A program made the translations under genes and the position numbers. Under the pieces are notes generated by a model. The model was not told the origin of the DNA, made no database searches, and saw only the letters and a program-made list of their open reading frames with translations. DNA of 63,024 nt, counting the filler, from Licmophora abbreviata (lineage: Eukaryota): the NCBI GenBank assembly GCA_900291995.1. It is 11 parts of 11 records of this genome, joined end to end, with 100 filler letters (N's around TTAATTAATTAA, not from the genome) between each part and the next. Parts side by side here need not be neighbours in the genome. Positions count along the whole stretch, not along the records: positions 45,719 to 49,783 come from OLMU01003152.1; positions 49,884 to 56,313 come from OLMU01003153.1; positions 56,414 to 63,024 come from OLMU01003154.1; 8 more parts are not named here. One strand, given 5' to 3'. This document shows positions 46,321 through 58,403 of this stretch, piece after piece (position 1 is the stretch's first letter; every line of letters starts with the position of its first letter).

Positions 46321-49289
46321 CTACCACGAAGTTTCCGAGTCGGGGGAATGGACAATTTCCCTGTCCGAAGTTTCTTTCCCATGGAGACGCCCCAGCGACT
46401 GTGTGCTAAGACTACCGCTGTCGGACTTGTTGTGGCCACCACCCCTCGTGCTCGGAATCGTCGCAATGCTCGTTGTGCCTAGCGTACGGGAGACTCGAAT
46501 TTGAATAGTACCAATAGTTCCTCGCTTTCTGCCCAGAAGACTCAAGAGATCGTGCGTCCCCATCTTGAGTGTACTCACTCCATCCACTAGGACTATTCTG
46601 TCGCCAACCTGTATCAGTCCGAGCAATGGGGAATAGTCCTTCACAGAGTTTATGTACGAACCTCTAGAACGAGATGACTCGATCACGAGGCCGAGCTTTG
46701 CGTTCGTCGGTGCTTGAAAGGTATACTGAATCTCGTCGCTTGGGAGTCGCTCATGAGCAGAAAGTGAACTACTTCTCCTCTGTGGTTTACTCGAATGGAC
46801 GCGAGATGTGGAATCTGAGGATGACAGAATCGCCTGCGGGTGAGCGGATAGCGAATTGCTTCGCCTCTTTGGTTTACTCGCCTGGACACGAGATTTGGAA
46901 TCTGATGATGACAGAATCGGCGGTGGGGGTATGTTCCCCCTCGGTGGAAAGTCGTGAGGTTTCCGTTTTCGAATAGGACTCAGGCTGGAAGTTACCCGTC
47001 CAAGGGAAGATCCAATTGTGGCATCGAAGGAGTGTCTATTGGCGCGTTCTGGTTTGCGCTTTGATGACTTGGCTTCCGCAGTTGTCATTCTGGTAGGTGT
47101 CACTGATATTTCTCCTTCGATAGTTGACATAGTCTGCCTGCTACTTCGTCGGTTCGGAGTAGACGAGCGCTTCATCGTCAAGTCGCTGAGGGTGGAGTGC
47201 ATTGAAGTATCAAACTCTTCCCATTCTGATCGCATCAGCTCTTCCAAAACCTCGGCCACACCCAAGTCTTCGACCGAACCATCGCTTAACGTTTGACGAA
47301 CAGGCACATCTACATTCATTTCTGTACCCTTGATTGGAGTAGATGAGACAGACGCGTCGTCCTCGAATGGGTCGTCACTGAAGATTTCGATCAGCGCTCG
47401 CTCCTTGGGGGATAGCAATCCGCCCCCGCGTCCTTCGCCGAAGGAAGAATAGTTGCTACGAGCGAGAGAAAGAGACAGGAGAACATAGGATTGGGTAAGC
47501 TACGCTTCAGCATGTTTCTCGCTGCGATGTTTCGCTCGAACTCTTGAACTTACTACAGCATGTCTGTGATTCCGGAAGCCGCATCAGATGCATAGCTAGA
47601 ATTAAGAGCTTCCGCAAAACCTTTGCTTGCTTCGACATGTTTGATTGGAACCACTCCATTTCCGTCGTCTCGGCTAGTGTGTAATGAAGAACTCTCGTCG
47701 CTGTCAATGTTGTCGATCACGATCATCGGTGGGATTATCCGAGCAAGAGGATGAGCTTGCTTCACGTCGTGTGATCCTTGTTGTTCCTTACCCATCGTGG
47801 AAGGAGGAGTGTTTTCGGCCGTACTGCCTGGGCTGTCCGAGTCGCGTGGGCTCCTGCTGATACTCCTTAGGAGACGCGAGACGTACAAATTGCCCTGCTG
47901 TGGAGTGCGACTCGTGCCTGTGGATGATTCTGGAGATCGTGCACGGTATGCAAATGAACCCGATTCTGACCCCGAAGGTCCGATTTCGGGGTGAGTTTCC
48001 TTCCTGAGATGAAAAGGAAGGAGAGCACTCAATCTACCACCATTTTTCCTGTATACGTACGCCCCTGCTGCGCCGCCCCCAACAAAGAGAACAACAACTA
48101 GAACAGATACCACAACAATGGCTGCGGAGGGACCACTCTCCGAGGAATCAGATGTGATTGCAACGTCTTCGGGTTGATAATTCCCTTCTGACAACGCCTC
48201 GACATGAGCAAAGAACACATGAGAGTCTTGAAGCGCTTCTGTGAAACCTTCCGAGTCCACCGATTGCTCCAGAAGCCTCTGCAACAAGCTCTGCGTGACG
48301 CCGATACTGAATCCCATCAAGTTGACCTTCACGCTCACATCGGACGACTCGCCATTGGGAGAGCCCAGACTACGACCCAGGCGACGACCGCGCATGCGAC
48401 TTCTCCCTACTAACGCTTGAGACTTGAGCACAACATCTGTTAGTTCCAGGGTCGAGCCCGACTGGTTTCCTTCGACGTAGACTTTGGAGTACGACTGTAC
48501 AGTCCTTTCCAATGGTACCTGCGTGTCAATGTCCAGGAGACTTGGAAGGCCCGACAGGATTATCGTCAATGATGTTTCCACGCTGACAAACGTGCCACAG
48601 TCAATCTGACAGGACACTGGACAGCTTTCCACAAGTTGCAGAAGCTCTGTTGTATTCAACCCAAGATGTCTCCACATGGTGCAGTCTGTACCAGCATGAT
48701 CTACACACTCGAAGGCGTTGATAGGACTTCGATACTCTGCGACGTCGTGGCATTCCAGTGTGGGAACACTTGTTGGAAAACTTGATGGAGACGTTGTCGG
48801 AAAGTTCGTAGGGCTGACTGATGGAGCCAAGGATGGGTAATCGGATGGAGGCACCGACGGCACAAGCGAGAGGGACGGCGAAGGGGATGGCTGTGGTGTC
48901 TGTGTCGGGTACAACGTAGGGAAGTTTGAGGGGGATGGCGATGGGGCACTTGTTTCAGTCGGTTCATAGGATGGAGAAGCCGATGGACTTTGGGATACGC
49001 TTGGTTGAGTCGAAGGTGGTGACGTCCTGGTTGGCCCAGGAGTTATCGTCGGCCCAAGAGTAGGTAGCAAGCTCGGCATCATTGTTGCAGTAGGCACAAG
49101 TGAGGATGAAGGCGAACTTGTCGGATCTTGTGATTTCTGTAGCGATGGTTCTGAGGATTCTGAGTCTTCTGCTCTGCGCTGCCATGTGCTTTCATGGGCA
49201 AAAGCATTTTGCATCACCAGAGTGGCAATGAGGGCAAGAAGCGCAAACTGCTTCGATCGTTTGTGCCATCCCCAATCAACGGAAAACAT
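46321..49289 (-). CDS. Type-I membrane protein with PS/PT-rich ectodomain, ShK-like Cys domain and cytoplasmic PDZ domain; intron 47456-47553
   Basis: Signal ...QNAFA, PSxSP repeats, C...C..C..W......CPVSC..C, TM AAIVVVSVLVVVLFVGGGAAGAYVY, PDZ-like AP...KLGLVI.......I.SVK..SPL.G.I.VGDRIV.VDG. The intron ta|c restores the frame. Confidence 0.8.
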
Positions 49290-50281
49290 TGTGTCTGGTG
49301 GTTTGGTGGATGAAAGTCTTGTCTCTGCGACAGACTCTCTTTGAGGCGAGAGCGATGCAAGGACACGTTCTTCTGCTCGCCAGACCCCGGACGCAGCAGT
49401 GGCGTTGCAGTATAGCGCGACGCCGAACAAAACCGGTGGCTCAGAGGGAGGCCCTTTTCGTGGACTATCCTCGCCGAAGACTGAATATGCTTCCCAGCGA
49501 CGATAGCGACCTTTTGCTAGAAGCAACTCAGGGAAAGCCTTGGCGCAGTGCAACAGAGAGTAAGGACGACGTTCGTTGTGTTGTGTGGGTGCCTCGAGGC
49601 GCGCCTCTCGTGCTCGTGTTTGTCGCGTGACAGGCATCAACGAAAGAAGCCGTTTGAAAACTGGGGTACGTGCACGCTCAGATGGTCCGTACATTCTACG
49701 CAGGGACAGCAGTACTGGGCTTCCAGACCCAATATGTCAACGAGATATGTCCTGGGAGAATGACATTTTCCGTCGCTCGACGCNNNNNNNNNNNNNNNNN
49801 NNNNNNNNNNNNNNNNNNNNNNNNNNNTTAATTAATTAANNNNNNNNNNNNNNNNNNNNNNNNNNNNNNNNNNNNNNNNNNNNGGGTGAGTTTTCATTGC
49901 CGCGAGGGGCCTCGGTCCGCATCTGGTATGATACAAGACGACCTAACCAGGACTGTACCTTCCAAAGTGATGATCCTATATCATCAGCGTACTAGAAGCG
50001 TAACGAGATGCAGTAAACTACAAGCAAGCAGTAAACTACAAGCAAACGCCAAACACATTTTCACTTTTACAGGCGAAATTGCTCAATTTCATATCGACAG
50101 CTCCTTCCTGACATAGTTTTCCACCGTGGAGCGCGACAACGTGACCATATTTCAGAACGTTCATCGCATCCGTATTTTCCGTCCAACACCCCTAAATATC
50201 GCTTCCTTCCTTTCTCATGCTGTAATCTCCCCAATGGCATTCCTCACGCAATCAAATCCAACCATTGTCCACCATAGTTTG

Positions 50282-51526
50282 TTAGTAGCGATCATCCATG
50301 GCATCGCCACGCTCTCGTCCTTCGGCACCGGCACCGTCGAGTCTGTTCCAGTCCCAGTCCAAGCTGGAATGGTTGTTGGTGTATCCCTGAGAGCGGAACA
50401 AGTCACGGAACATACCACGGAGGTAGGCAATGTTGGGCTTGGCCTCAAACTTGAGACTGCGGCAGTAGGCAAGGTATTCTGCAAACTGGCTCGGGCATCC
50501 CTGGCAGAGAGCTGGAATAGTGATGCTCTGCTTCTTTTCCATGATGAGCTTGTATTTCTTGGTGGCTGACTTCGCCTTGAGTCCCTGCCAGGGAAGTCCG
50601 CCCTTCAAAAAGTACACGAGGACGTATCCAATCGACTCCAAGTCATCCCGCCGGGACTGTTCGACTCCCAAGTGATTGTTAATGGACGCGTAACGCGGAG
50701 TTCCTGTCAAGGATCGGCCCTCACGCTGAGGAATGTGTTGAAGCGTCCGAGGGTGACGGTATCGCTTGCTAAGACCAAAGTCAATGCAGTAGATAAAGTT
50801 TCCATTTCCACGTCCACCGTCCGTGACAAAGTTCGCCGGCTTAATGTCCCTGTGGATCAAATGGCGCGAATGCATCAGCTCGACTCGTTCCAACATCTGG
50901 TCTGCCACCATGAGTACGGTTTTTAACGAAAAACGCCTTCCGCACTTATTGAACTGGTCTTCCAGAGAAGGTCCGAGGAGATCCATCACCATGAGATTGT
51001 AGGAGTCCTGCGTGCCGAAATAGTGCACCTTGGCGAATCCTGGAGCGTTCTGCAGCTCACGGTACACCTTGTACTCATGGCGGAGCTGTGGACAACGAGC
51101 GCCATGCTTTTCGAACTTGACCGCGACCTGAAAGCGACGACAAGAGAGCGCAATGGACCAAAGTCACGAGACTCGTGAGACCACGCTGAGTCGGGAAACG
51201 GACTCTTCCATCCAGACAGCTATATCTTTCGCAATATAACCGTCATCGTAGAAGTGTACGAGAGGTCTACGGGATTCGCGATCGAGCACGGTGCGACGAC
51301 TGGAGAGACCATCGATTGCAGGACGACGTACCTTTTCGCCGTTGGCTCCGACCCCCAAATAAATATCACCAAACGATCCGCCTCCCACCCTCTTGGTGAT
51401 GCGGTATTTCTGCGGTAACGAAACAAACAAACAAGCGTGAGAACAAGATCCGAACAGACATGGTCATACGTGGATCGGTGTCGAGTACTCAAGCTACGTG
51501 AAACCTACAGAGATTGTCGACTGCAT
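50282..51526 (-). CDS. CK1: Casein kinase I; exons 51526-51509, 51409-51332, 51127-50282
   Basis: GGGSFGDIY, VAVK, LLGPSLED, HRDIKPANF, IDFGLSK, LTGTPRYAS, EQSRRDDLES, LPWQGL. The first exon MQSTIS is inferred from a GTAGGT donor. Confidence 0.95.
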
Positions 51527-51787
51527 AATGGGCGTGGATTGCACGGCTGCCCAAGCCGGAAAAAATGAGCTTTGGTGGTGTCCATGGACATCTACGAGAC
51601 TTGCGCTACGTACAATTCTACGTGCGAATTGTCCGAGCTCCAACAGAGCGAGCTCTTTTTGTTTGCAGGATGTTTCCGTTGGAGAACTCGACCATTCGCG
51701 AAGAGCGAACAGCCCGTCACTCACGAAAAATCAACAGCCCGCGGCCCCGCTCACAATGGTGAAAAAGCGGAGGAGCTAAAGCTGACG

Positions 51788-53152
51788 ATGACGACTCTCT
51801 ATGCACTGTGTCTACGGGCGGTGGGTCCGCACGTGTGTAATGCTGAAAAGACATTTGAACCAGACAAAGAGACAAAGAAGCCGAGTGCGGCTTCGCATCT
51901 CTTGAGATCGTTCCAGAAGCGTCCCTCTTTGTTGAGCCCCGATGGCGACAAGGACGACGACATGGCTGGTGCGTTTTCATATAGTGAGAACAGAAGGGTA
52001 CCTCTTTGTTCCTCCCAACATCTAATGTCTTCCTTTTTCTGTTTAGACTCGAATGAATCTCGTCTTCCGCCCATGACACGTACGCCCTGCATAGGCAAAG
52101 GTTCCTCTCGACGTGCGCATGCCAACGATGTCGACTTGAATCACCCCTTCATAGGCGTGCGACGACGCCAAGATGGTGCAAAACACTCGAATGGGATTCT
52201 TCTCATGCAAGATGGTAATCCGGCACTGGACTGTCTGCAGAGCTACATTGACGCCTTGGTGGAATTGGGGAGAATGGACGACAATCGTCTTGGAAAGCAC
52301 TTTTTCCGGGAGTGGAAGTATCACGCTACCGCTAGTAGCAGTAAGCGCAAACGATCGTCTCCACTGGGGTCCTTATCCTTGTACAATTGTACTCTTTCAG
52401 ATCACACGATTCATGCCATGATCAACAGTGACGTGGGACAAGCTCTGGGTGTGCTTGACATGAGTGGTGTCCAGGGCATGACGGATGACTTGCTGGGGAA
52501 ACTGCTGAAGACATGTCCGAATTTGACGAGACTCAGTCTGAAGAACGGACGACGTCTGACCGTGCCCTCTCTGGACTGTATCGCCGAATGCACGACTCAA
52601 TTGGTATGCTTGGATATTGGGGGATGCTACAATGTCACACCACAGGAAGTCTTGGATCGATTGTTGCCTTATTTGCCAAATCTCGTAGAGTTGCACGCGA
52701 GTGGGTTGGCCTGGAACGATGGAACGCTACAAGACTTGTTGGAAGATAGGTCCACCTGGAGGGGCCTCAGTTTTGGATTTTCGCATGTGACGGGGGCTGG
52801 ATTGAGGAGCCCCTCGTTGCCGTCGACCCTGCAGAGCTTGGCCGTTCCCTTTTGCGATCATGCTGTGGACAACACACTTATGGGTTATTGGGGAAAGTCG
52901 TTGCCCTTTTTGCAATGCCTTGATGTCCGTGGTAATTCAAACCTCTCCAGCTTGACTGGGTTTTTTGATGGGCGCCAGTTGTACATGGCCGGGGGCGAGT
53001 CTGCCATGGCGGAAGACCTCTTTGTGTTGGCACGGTACTCCAACATTTCCAAGACATCCATAGAGGAAACGCAGAGGATCCACCCATTGCTGGCTTCCAA
53101 TCTAAGTGTCGTTTTGGACAGTGGAGGCGTTGGCGACGGTGTTCGCAGGTAG
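51788..53152 (+). CDS. RNI-like leucine-rich-repeat protein; probable in-frame intron 51969-52046
   Basis: LRR_CC-like repeats (LDMSGVQGMTDD, CPNLTRLSLKN, LDIGGCYNVT, LDVRGNSNL). The start may be ATG 51756 if a G is missing. Confidence 0.75.
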   Translation: MTTLYALCLRAVGPHVCNAEKTFEPDKETKKPSAASHLLRSFQKRPSLLSPDGDKDDDMAGAFSYSENRRVPLCSSQHLMSSFFCLDSNESRLPPMTRTPCIGKGSSRRAHANDVDLNHPFIGVRRRQDGAKHSNGILLMQDGNPALDCLQSYIDALVELGRMDDNRLGKHFFREWKYHATASSSKRKRSSPLGSLSLYNCTLSDHTIHAMINSDVGQALGVLDMSGVQGMTDDLLGKLLKTCPNLTRLSLKNGRRLTVPSLDCIAECTTQLVCLDIGGCYNVTPQEVLDRLLPYLPNLVELHASGLAWNDGTLQDLLEDRSTWRGLSFGFSHVTGAGLRSPSLPSTLQSLAVPFCDHAVDNTLMGYWGKSLPFLQCLDVRGNSNLSSLTGFFDGRQLYMAGGESAMAEDLFVLARYSNISKTSIEETQRIHPLLASNLSVVLDSGGVGDGVRR

Positions 53153-53445
53153 GTCAGCTAGCTAGACGTAATTACCGAGAATAAAAGGGTTGTGGCTCAA
53201 TCCCATGGTTGATGCTACTGGTATGGCTTCGACTGGGGTGATCGATGACGCCGTGCGCGCGCGCCTTGACAGTCTTGTCCCTGGTCTGTCCCTCTCCCGA
53301 ATGTGGAGGCGCGCGCGACAAACCGCCACACGTCACGTCTCTTCGATGCTTTTCGCCTTTCTCTCAATGACGACATTCTTTGCCTATCTTTTGGTTGGAC
53401 TCTTCGCCACGCTAACGCTCCAGTACTTCTTGAATACTTTGTGAG

Positions 53446-53845
53446 ATGAATCAGTTTGTTCAGAGAATAGCAAACTGGATTGCGAATGTGAGTAGAAACC
53501 ATTATTTCAATTTCGAAAACGAGCGTCGACCTCAAACTCAGTCTTGCGTGCTCACGCGCCCTTCTCTTACTACTGCGAATGCAGGAAGTAATTGTCAAGG
53601 GACTCGCTGAGTCTCGCACTTTCCAAAGATTCGCTCTACGAACGCACACCACAATCGAAGATCTCAATAAGAAGGCAAATGAATCCATGAATGCTAATCT
53701 GGACGAATTATCCAAAGCTGCCGCTCGACAAATGTCCGACACCGCTGCCGCCACGTCGGGACCGCCAAAGCCACCATTACGAGGGTTTCCTGGGTTTCTT
53801 TCTGCATTCGGGAAGGAAGTACGAAAAGATGTCATGGGAAAGTAG
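53446..53845 (+). CDS. Small conserved protein (MNQFVQRIANWIAN|EVIVKGLAESRTFQRFAL), resembles NCBP2AS2-like small proteins; intron 53488-53584
   Basis: GTGAGT donor and GCAG acceptor join exons in phase 0; the family assignment is from recall only. Confidence 0.7.
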
Positions 53846-54055
53846 TAGAACAAACATCAAGTCGCCGATAAGCAGGACCCAGATCAATCTCCCATACGAA
53901 TCCGATGAGAAACGAAGGAAACTGAGAGCGGTGCTGTTTTGCGAAGTTTCGACGCACAAGAAGTTAAGACTGGTCGGCGATAACCGTATGATAAAATCTT
54001 GTTTTAATCGTAATTGTCACGAAAGGGAACGCGCTGGTGCCGCTCAGCCATAAGA

Positions 54056-55429
54056 TTACGACTCGACTCCTGCGGCAGCAATCTCCTGGCTTACTGCAAC
54101 CCACTGCTTGAGAAGCTCTGAAGCTTTACCGCTTTCAAGTGTTCTCCTTGCCAGTTTACATCCTTCCTCTATACTTTCAGTCAAACCATACACGTAGCAC
54201 CCGACGCCAGCATTCAACACAATCGAATCTCGCTTGGCATCTGTGTGCGTTCCGCCCAGCAATACCTGACAAAACTGTTCTGCATTCTCCTCGGGTCCAC
54301 CACCTCGAAGATCCAGAATTTCACAACGAGGGATATTCACGGACAATGGATCGAACTCGAACTGACTTTCTTCGTACACTTTTGGTTGTCCAGCCGGAGC
54401 CGTGTTCTTAATCTGCGTGTGGAAGCGACCGACAAGCACGAATGAGCGACATGTCAACGTCAAAGAACGGTGGGTGGGTGGAGCACATCCTTCCACTACA
54501 AAATACGTACTTCAAGGATAGTCGCTGGTCCGAGAGGACTGATTTCATCAAGACCTACGCCATGAATCACAACAGCGTGGTCCACTCGTCCAACTTCTTT
54601 CAATGCGCCAGCCATGAGACTCAAGAGTTCAGGATGAAACACACCAATTACTGCGTGTTGAGCGCTTGCAGCGTTCGTCATGGGGCCCAGAATATTGAAA
54701 CACGTACGAACGGCCAGCTTTTTCCGGACCGGTGCGACGAAGCGCATAGCTGGGTGGTTGACGGGTGCAAACCTAAGAGAGGTCATCGATGCGGTGAAAG
54801 TGTAAGTGAGATCCGGCAAGCAGCAGTCGACACGAAGACTATACTTTCACCTACATGAAGGCTACACCGCACTTCTTCACACATTCCACCACCTCATCTG
54901 GCTGTAAGTCAACCTTGACACCCAGAGCTTCCAAGACATCCGCACTTCCACATTTTGATGACACAGATCGATTTCCAGCCTTGGCCACTGTGCACCCACA
55001 CGCAGCAGCTAGAACCACACTGGCAGTACTAATGTTGATCGTATCAGCTCCATCACCTCCCGTGCCGACAATATCCAGGAGCTTCTGGTCACCGAGATCC
55101 ACCGCGTTGCAGGCCTTATTCATGGCCTTGACCATTCCGGCGATTTCAGTGGGAGTCTCCCCCCGAGCCCGGAGCAGTGTCAGAAGTGAACCGACTTGCA
55201 CTTCATCCGCGCCGGACAGAATTTCTGAAAAGGCTGTCTCTGTTTCCTCTGAAGTTAGATGACGATCACCGGTGATCAAAGTTTCAATGTAGGGCGTAAG
55301 GGAAGCTTGCGTCATGATGCTCCGACGATGATGGCGTGCGGCAAACTGGGCCACGGGCAAGAAACCGTTTACGAAGGGCAGATGAACGAGCAGCGTAGTC
55401 AAGAACGCTGTTGCTGAGAATCGGATCAT
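54056..55429 (-). CDS. trpD: Anthranilate phosphoribosyltransferase, plastid-targeted; introns 54773-54854 and 54413-54510
   Basis: DIVGTGGDG..TINIST, KAGNRSVSSKCGSADVLEALG, FAP..HPAM, RT.FNILGP.TN, HG.GLDE motifs; signal peptide VNG-FLP. Confidence 0.95.
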
Positions 55430-55728
55430 ACGTCAACGCAAATGGGCGTGTCCAGTGGTTACCAGAACGCAAGAAACCAACAGTAACTTGTTCCAACAAC
55501 GTCGCCGCGACTTTCAGTCACATCAATGTGACACATTGAAATCCGAAATCCCCTGATGAAATCTGGGGCTGAGAGAGCGCACGCTATGATCGAGAGACCC
55601 GGATATACGTCTGGCCTGCCATCAGTGCAAGGTGGAACTTTCTCACTTTGAACTTTTTGGATCGAGCCGCGAGGGAAACGTAGTGCGTTGTGGCCATCAC
55701 AACAGCCTTGAAGGTATAACAGGTAACC

Positions 55729-56313
55729 ATGATGATGCGGAGAGAAGCCATATCTTGCGTCCTTCTACTGGTAGTGGTAGGGAGGATCACTGCTTTTTCG
55801 GGCGAGGTCCGTAGGGGAGCTGTTCCGGACCAGTCCGTACAGCAGCAGTGTCGAAAGCAAGATGTCGACATACCGGCCGACAGTCCTGCACGGCGGCGGC
55901 TCTTTAAGAGTATTTCGTTTGCCCCGCTTGTAGTTCCATTCACCACCCGTGCGGTCATGATGAAAAACTCGGAAGAAACCAGCACATTCAAGGCCGGTGA
56001 GGCCATGGGAGCCAAGGATGCGCTGACTCGATTCCGTAACGCCAAGAAAGACCTGCAATACCTCGTTGACAACTACGATCAAATCGTGGCAAACGGGGGC
56101 GGCGACAACGTTCGACGGTATCTGGGAACGGTTGGCGTCTCGTCCAATCTGTACGGAATTGACAAAGTGATGAAAGAACTCCAGGAGGAAGCCAACGATA
56201 TTGTGGAGTATACCGAGAACATGACTGAATTTGACTCTGCTCTGAGAGCCGCGGATACAGCTTGCTACTCTGCCAACTTTGTCGAGTTCTCGGCTGCTAA
56301 GACCAAACCAGAA
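55729..56313 (+). CDS. Probable thylakoid-lumen protein (signal peptide plus twin-arginine segment), truncated by gap
   Basis: ITA-FS cleavage motif, ARRRLF followed by a hydrophobic stretch, helical GGGDNVRRYLGTVG domain. Confidence 0.65.
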
Positions 56314-56490
56314 NNNNNNNNNNNNNNNNNNNNNNNNNNNNNNNNNNNNNNNNNNNNTTAATTAATTAANNNNNNNNNNNNNNNNNNNNNNNNNNNNNNN
56401 NNNNNNNNNNNNNTAGAAGATTCTGGCTCTAGACTAGAGATTGTGGTTTGGTCAAGGTTCGGCACAAGTCGCATCATCGATCGACACTGG

Positions 56491-57194
56491 CTACTTCTCT
56501 GGCTTGATTTGAACAATAGCTTCCACTTCGACAGAGATATCGAGAGGCAGAGTGTTTGTTCCGATGGCACTTCGTGCATGGTATCCCACTGGCTTTTCAA
56601 AGACCTTCATTATCACATCGGAACATCCATCCATGACCAAATGCTGACTTTTGAAGTCATCCGTAGATTGCACAATTCCAAAAATCTATCAAGATTTGCA
56701 AAGAATAGTTCCAATACTGTATCAGAAGACACGCTGACTAATCATTGCCTCGTGTACAACGATCGACATAGGAACGTACCTTGACCACTTGCTCCACTCG
56801 ATCCAAGTCTCCCAGCTGGTCTTTCAGGGTACTGATGATGTTAAGTCCAGCGAGGCGAGCGGCCTCATATCCGTGTTCCACTGTCTGAGCATTTCGGACC
56901 GATCCGACCTGTCAGCATTGTTCCATCGGATTTCACAGGCAGGTGGCCACTGACATGCATCATATTTCCCGAAGCATGACACACAATGTTGTAATTGGCC
57001 TTGGGCGCCGGAGCGGGAGGAAGCTCGATGCCCAGTTCTTCCAAACGCTTTTCAATGTGCACCATTCGAACAGACGATCCCACTAGTCGGGAGGCACTTC
57101 TGCGACATGTACATCCGAGCATTGCGGGGCGTGTCAGAAGAGAGGATGGCCACAACACGAACGCGGCGACTGTGAGCAGTGAGCTCATCACCAT
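56491..57194 (-). CDS. RidA/YjgF/YER057c/UK114-family protein; intron 56686-56779; apparent +1 indel at 56892-56894
   Basis: IEKRLEELGIELPPAPAPKANY, VSGHLP, GYEAARLAGLNI..TLK..LGDLDRV..VVK|IFG.V, GYHARSAIG...LP....VEVEA. Confidence 0.88.
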
Positions 57195-57451
57195 CGTCGC
57201 CGTCGTGATGCCGATGTGCTGGTGAGACGGCGCGCGTACTCGTAGTAAAGTCAGTCCTCGCGGCTCATGACCCATTGCGGCGCGCCTTTTTCAGTTTGAA
57301 GTTTTCTGGATCTTTCACTCACACCGCGTGTGACTGTGACGATACCTGTACCACCCGGCGACGATGATGTGCGTGCAGGTGCACTAATTTACAGTAAGCA
57401 TCACTCAGACCACAGCTATCATACTACCACCTTCGGTGAAAGCTAGAGACT

Positions 57452-58373
57452 ATGCTTACTGTTTTCCTGCTTCTTTTGTGGGTCGCTTGTATGAGCCATG
57501 CTACTGAGGCGTTCTTTGTGCAGCCCCGAGTGTCTCGCCGGCTGACCTCGTCGTTTGGATCAGCCGCGCTATCCTTGCATCGGCGCCCTCGTATTGTAGA
57601 AACGGTCCATCTCTCGACTTCCACCAATCTCTCCATGAGTACCAATAAGGGTAGTGATCAGCCCTTATCATCCAAGAAACGGCGAAGGCGACGTCGAAAG
57701 GAAGTCACCGATCCGAAGCAGGAGGTAAAGACGGCCGACGTGCCTGCGGCGGCTGTCGAGGAGTCGCCGCCTGAGCTAAAGCCAAGAGACGACGCACCAG
57801 TGGAGCTTGTCATTCAAGATGTACGTGATGTTGTTTCTGGGGGACCTAGCAAGACGAAGGTGGCAACGAAGCAAGCTGATGATGCAGAAAAGGATGACGA
57901 CGACGACGACGATGATGATGAGTATGAGTACTACTATGACGGCGATGAGGAGAATGCGGCAGATTCTCTGGAACAGCTGCTGGCCGATGCTCGGCAAATG
58001 AGAGAAGAGCGAGACTCGGACGAGCCGGGTGGGTTCAGCGTGCCTGACTCTGTTCGAAATGCGATTTCGACCATTGTGACCGTGGACTTTTTTGTTGTGT
58101 GCTTACTATTGTTGTGGTTCTTGGCCGGGATCTTCGGGAGCTATGTACTCAAGGATGATGGCATTCAGATCGCCTTCAACGGGATCTTTCAGCCGGTTGT
58201 TCAGCCAGCCCTTGGCATCCTCATGATTGCATCGGCCGCTGGAGGTAAGTTCCGTTTCGTCGCGGTTCAATAGGAGCGTTGCAAAAGCATCAATTCGTTC
58301 TCCTACGAAGCTCACCTTGCTGTACTCGCGTGTCCCAGCTGTGTTCAAGAAGGACGAAGAAGAAATCTATTAA
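57452..58373 (+). CDS. Plastid-targeted membrane protein with two C-terminal TM helices; intron 58245-58338
   Basis: TEA-FF targeting motif, acidic linker, DFFVVCLLLLWFLAGIF and QPALGILMIAS helices; spliced end AVFKKDEEEIY-TAA. Confidence 0.75.
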
Positions 58374-58403
58374 CCGCAAACATACAAGCTTCTAAAGCCA
58401 CCA

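Noticed and set aside
50010..50045. 18-bp tandem duplication GCAGTAAACTACAAGCAA; similar small duplications at ~60702-60725 and ~13030-13048
   Set aside because: Two-copy slippage duplications in UTR/intron DNA with no sign of being target-site duplications of an element
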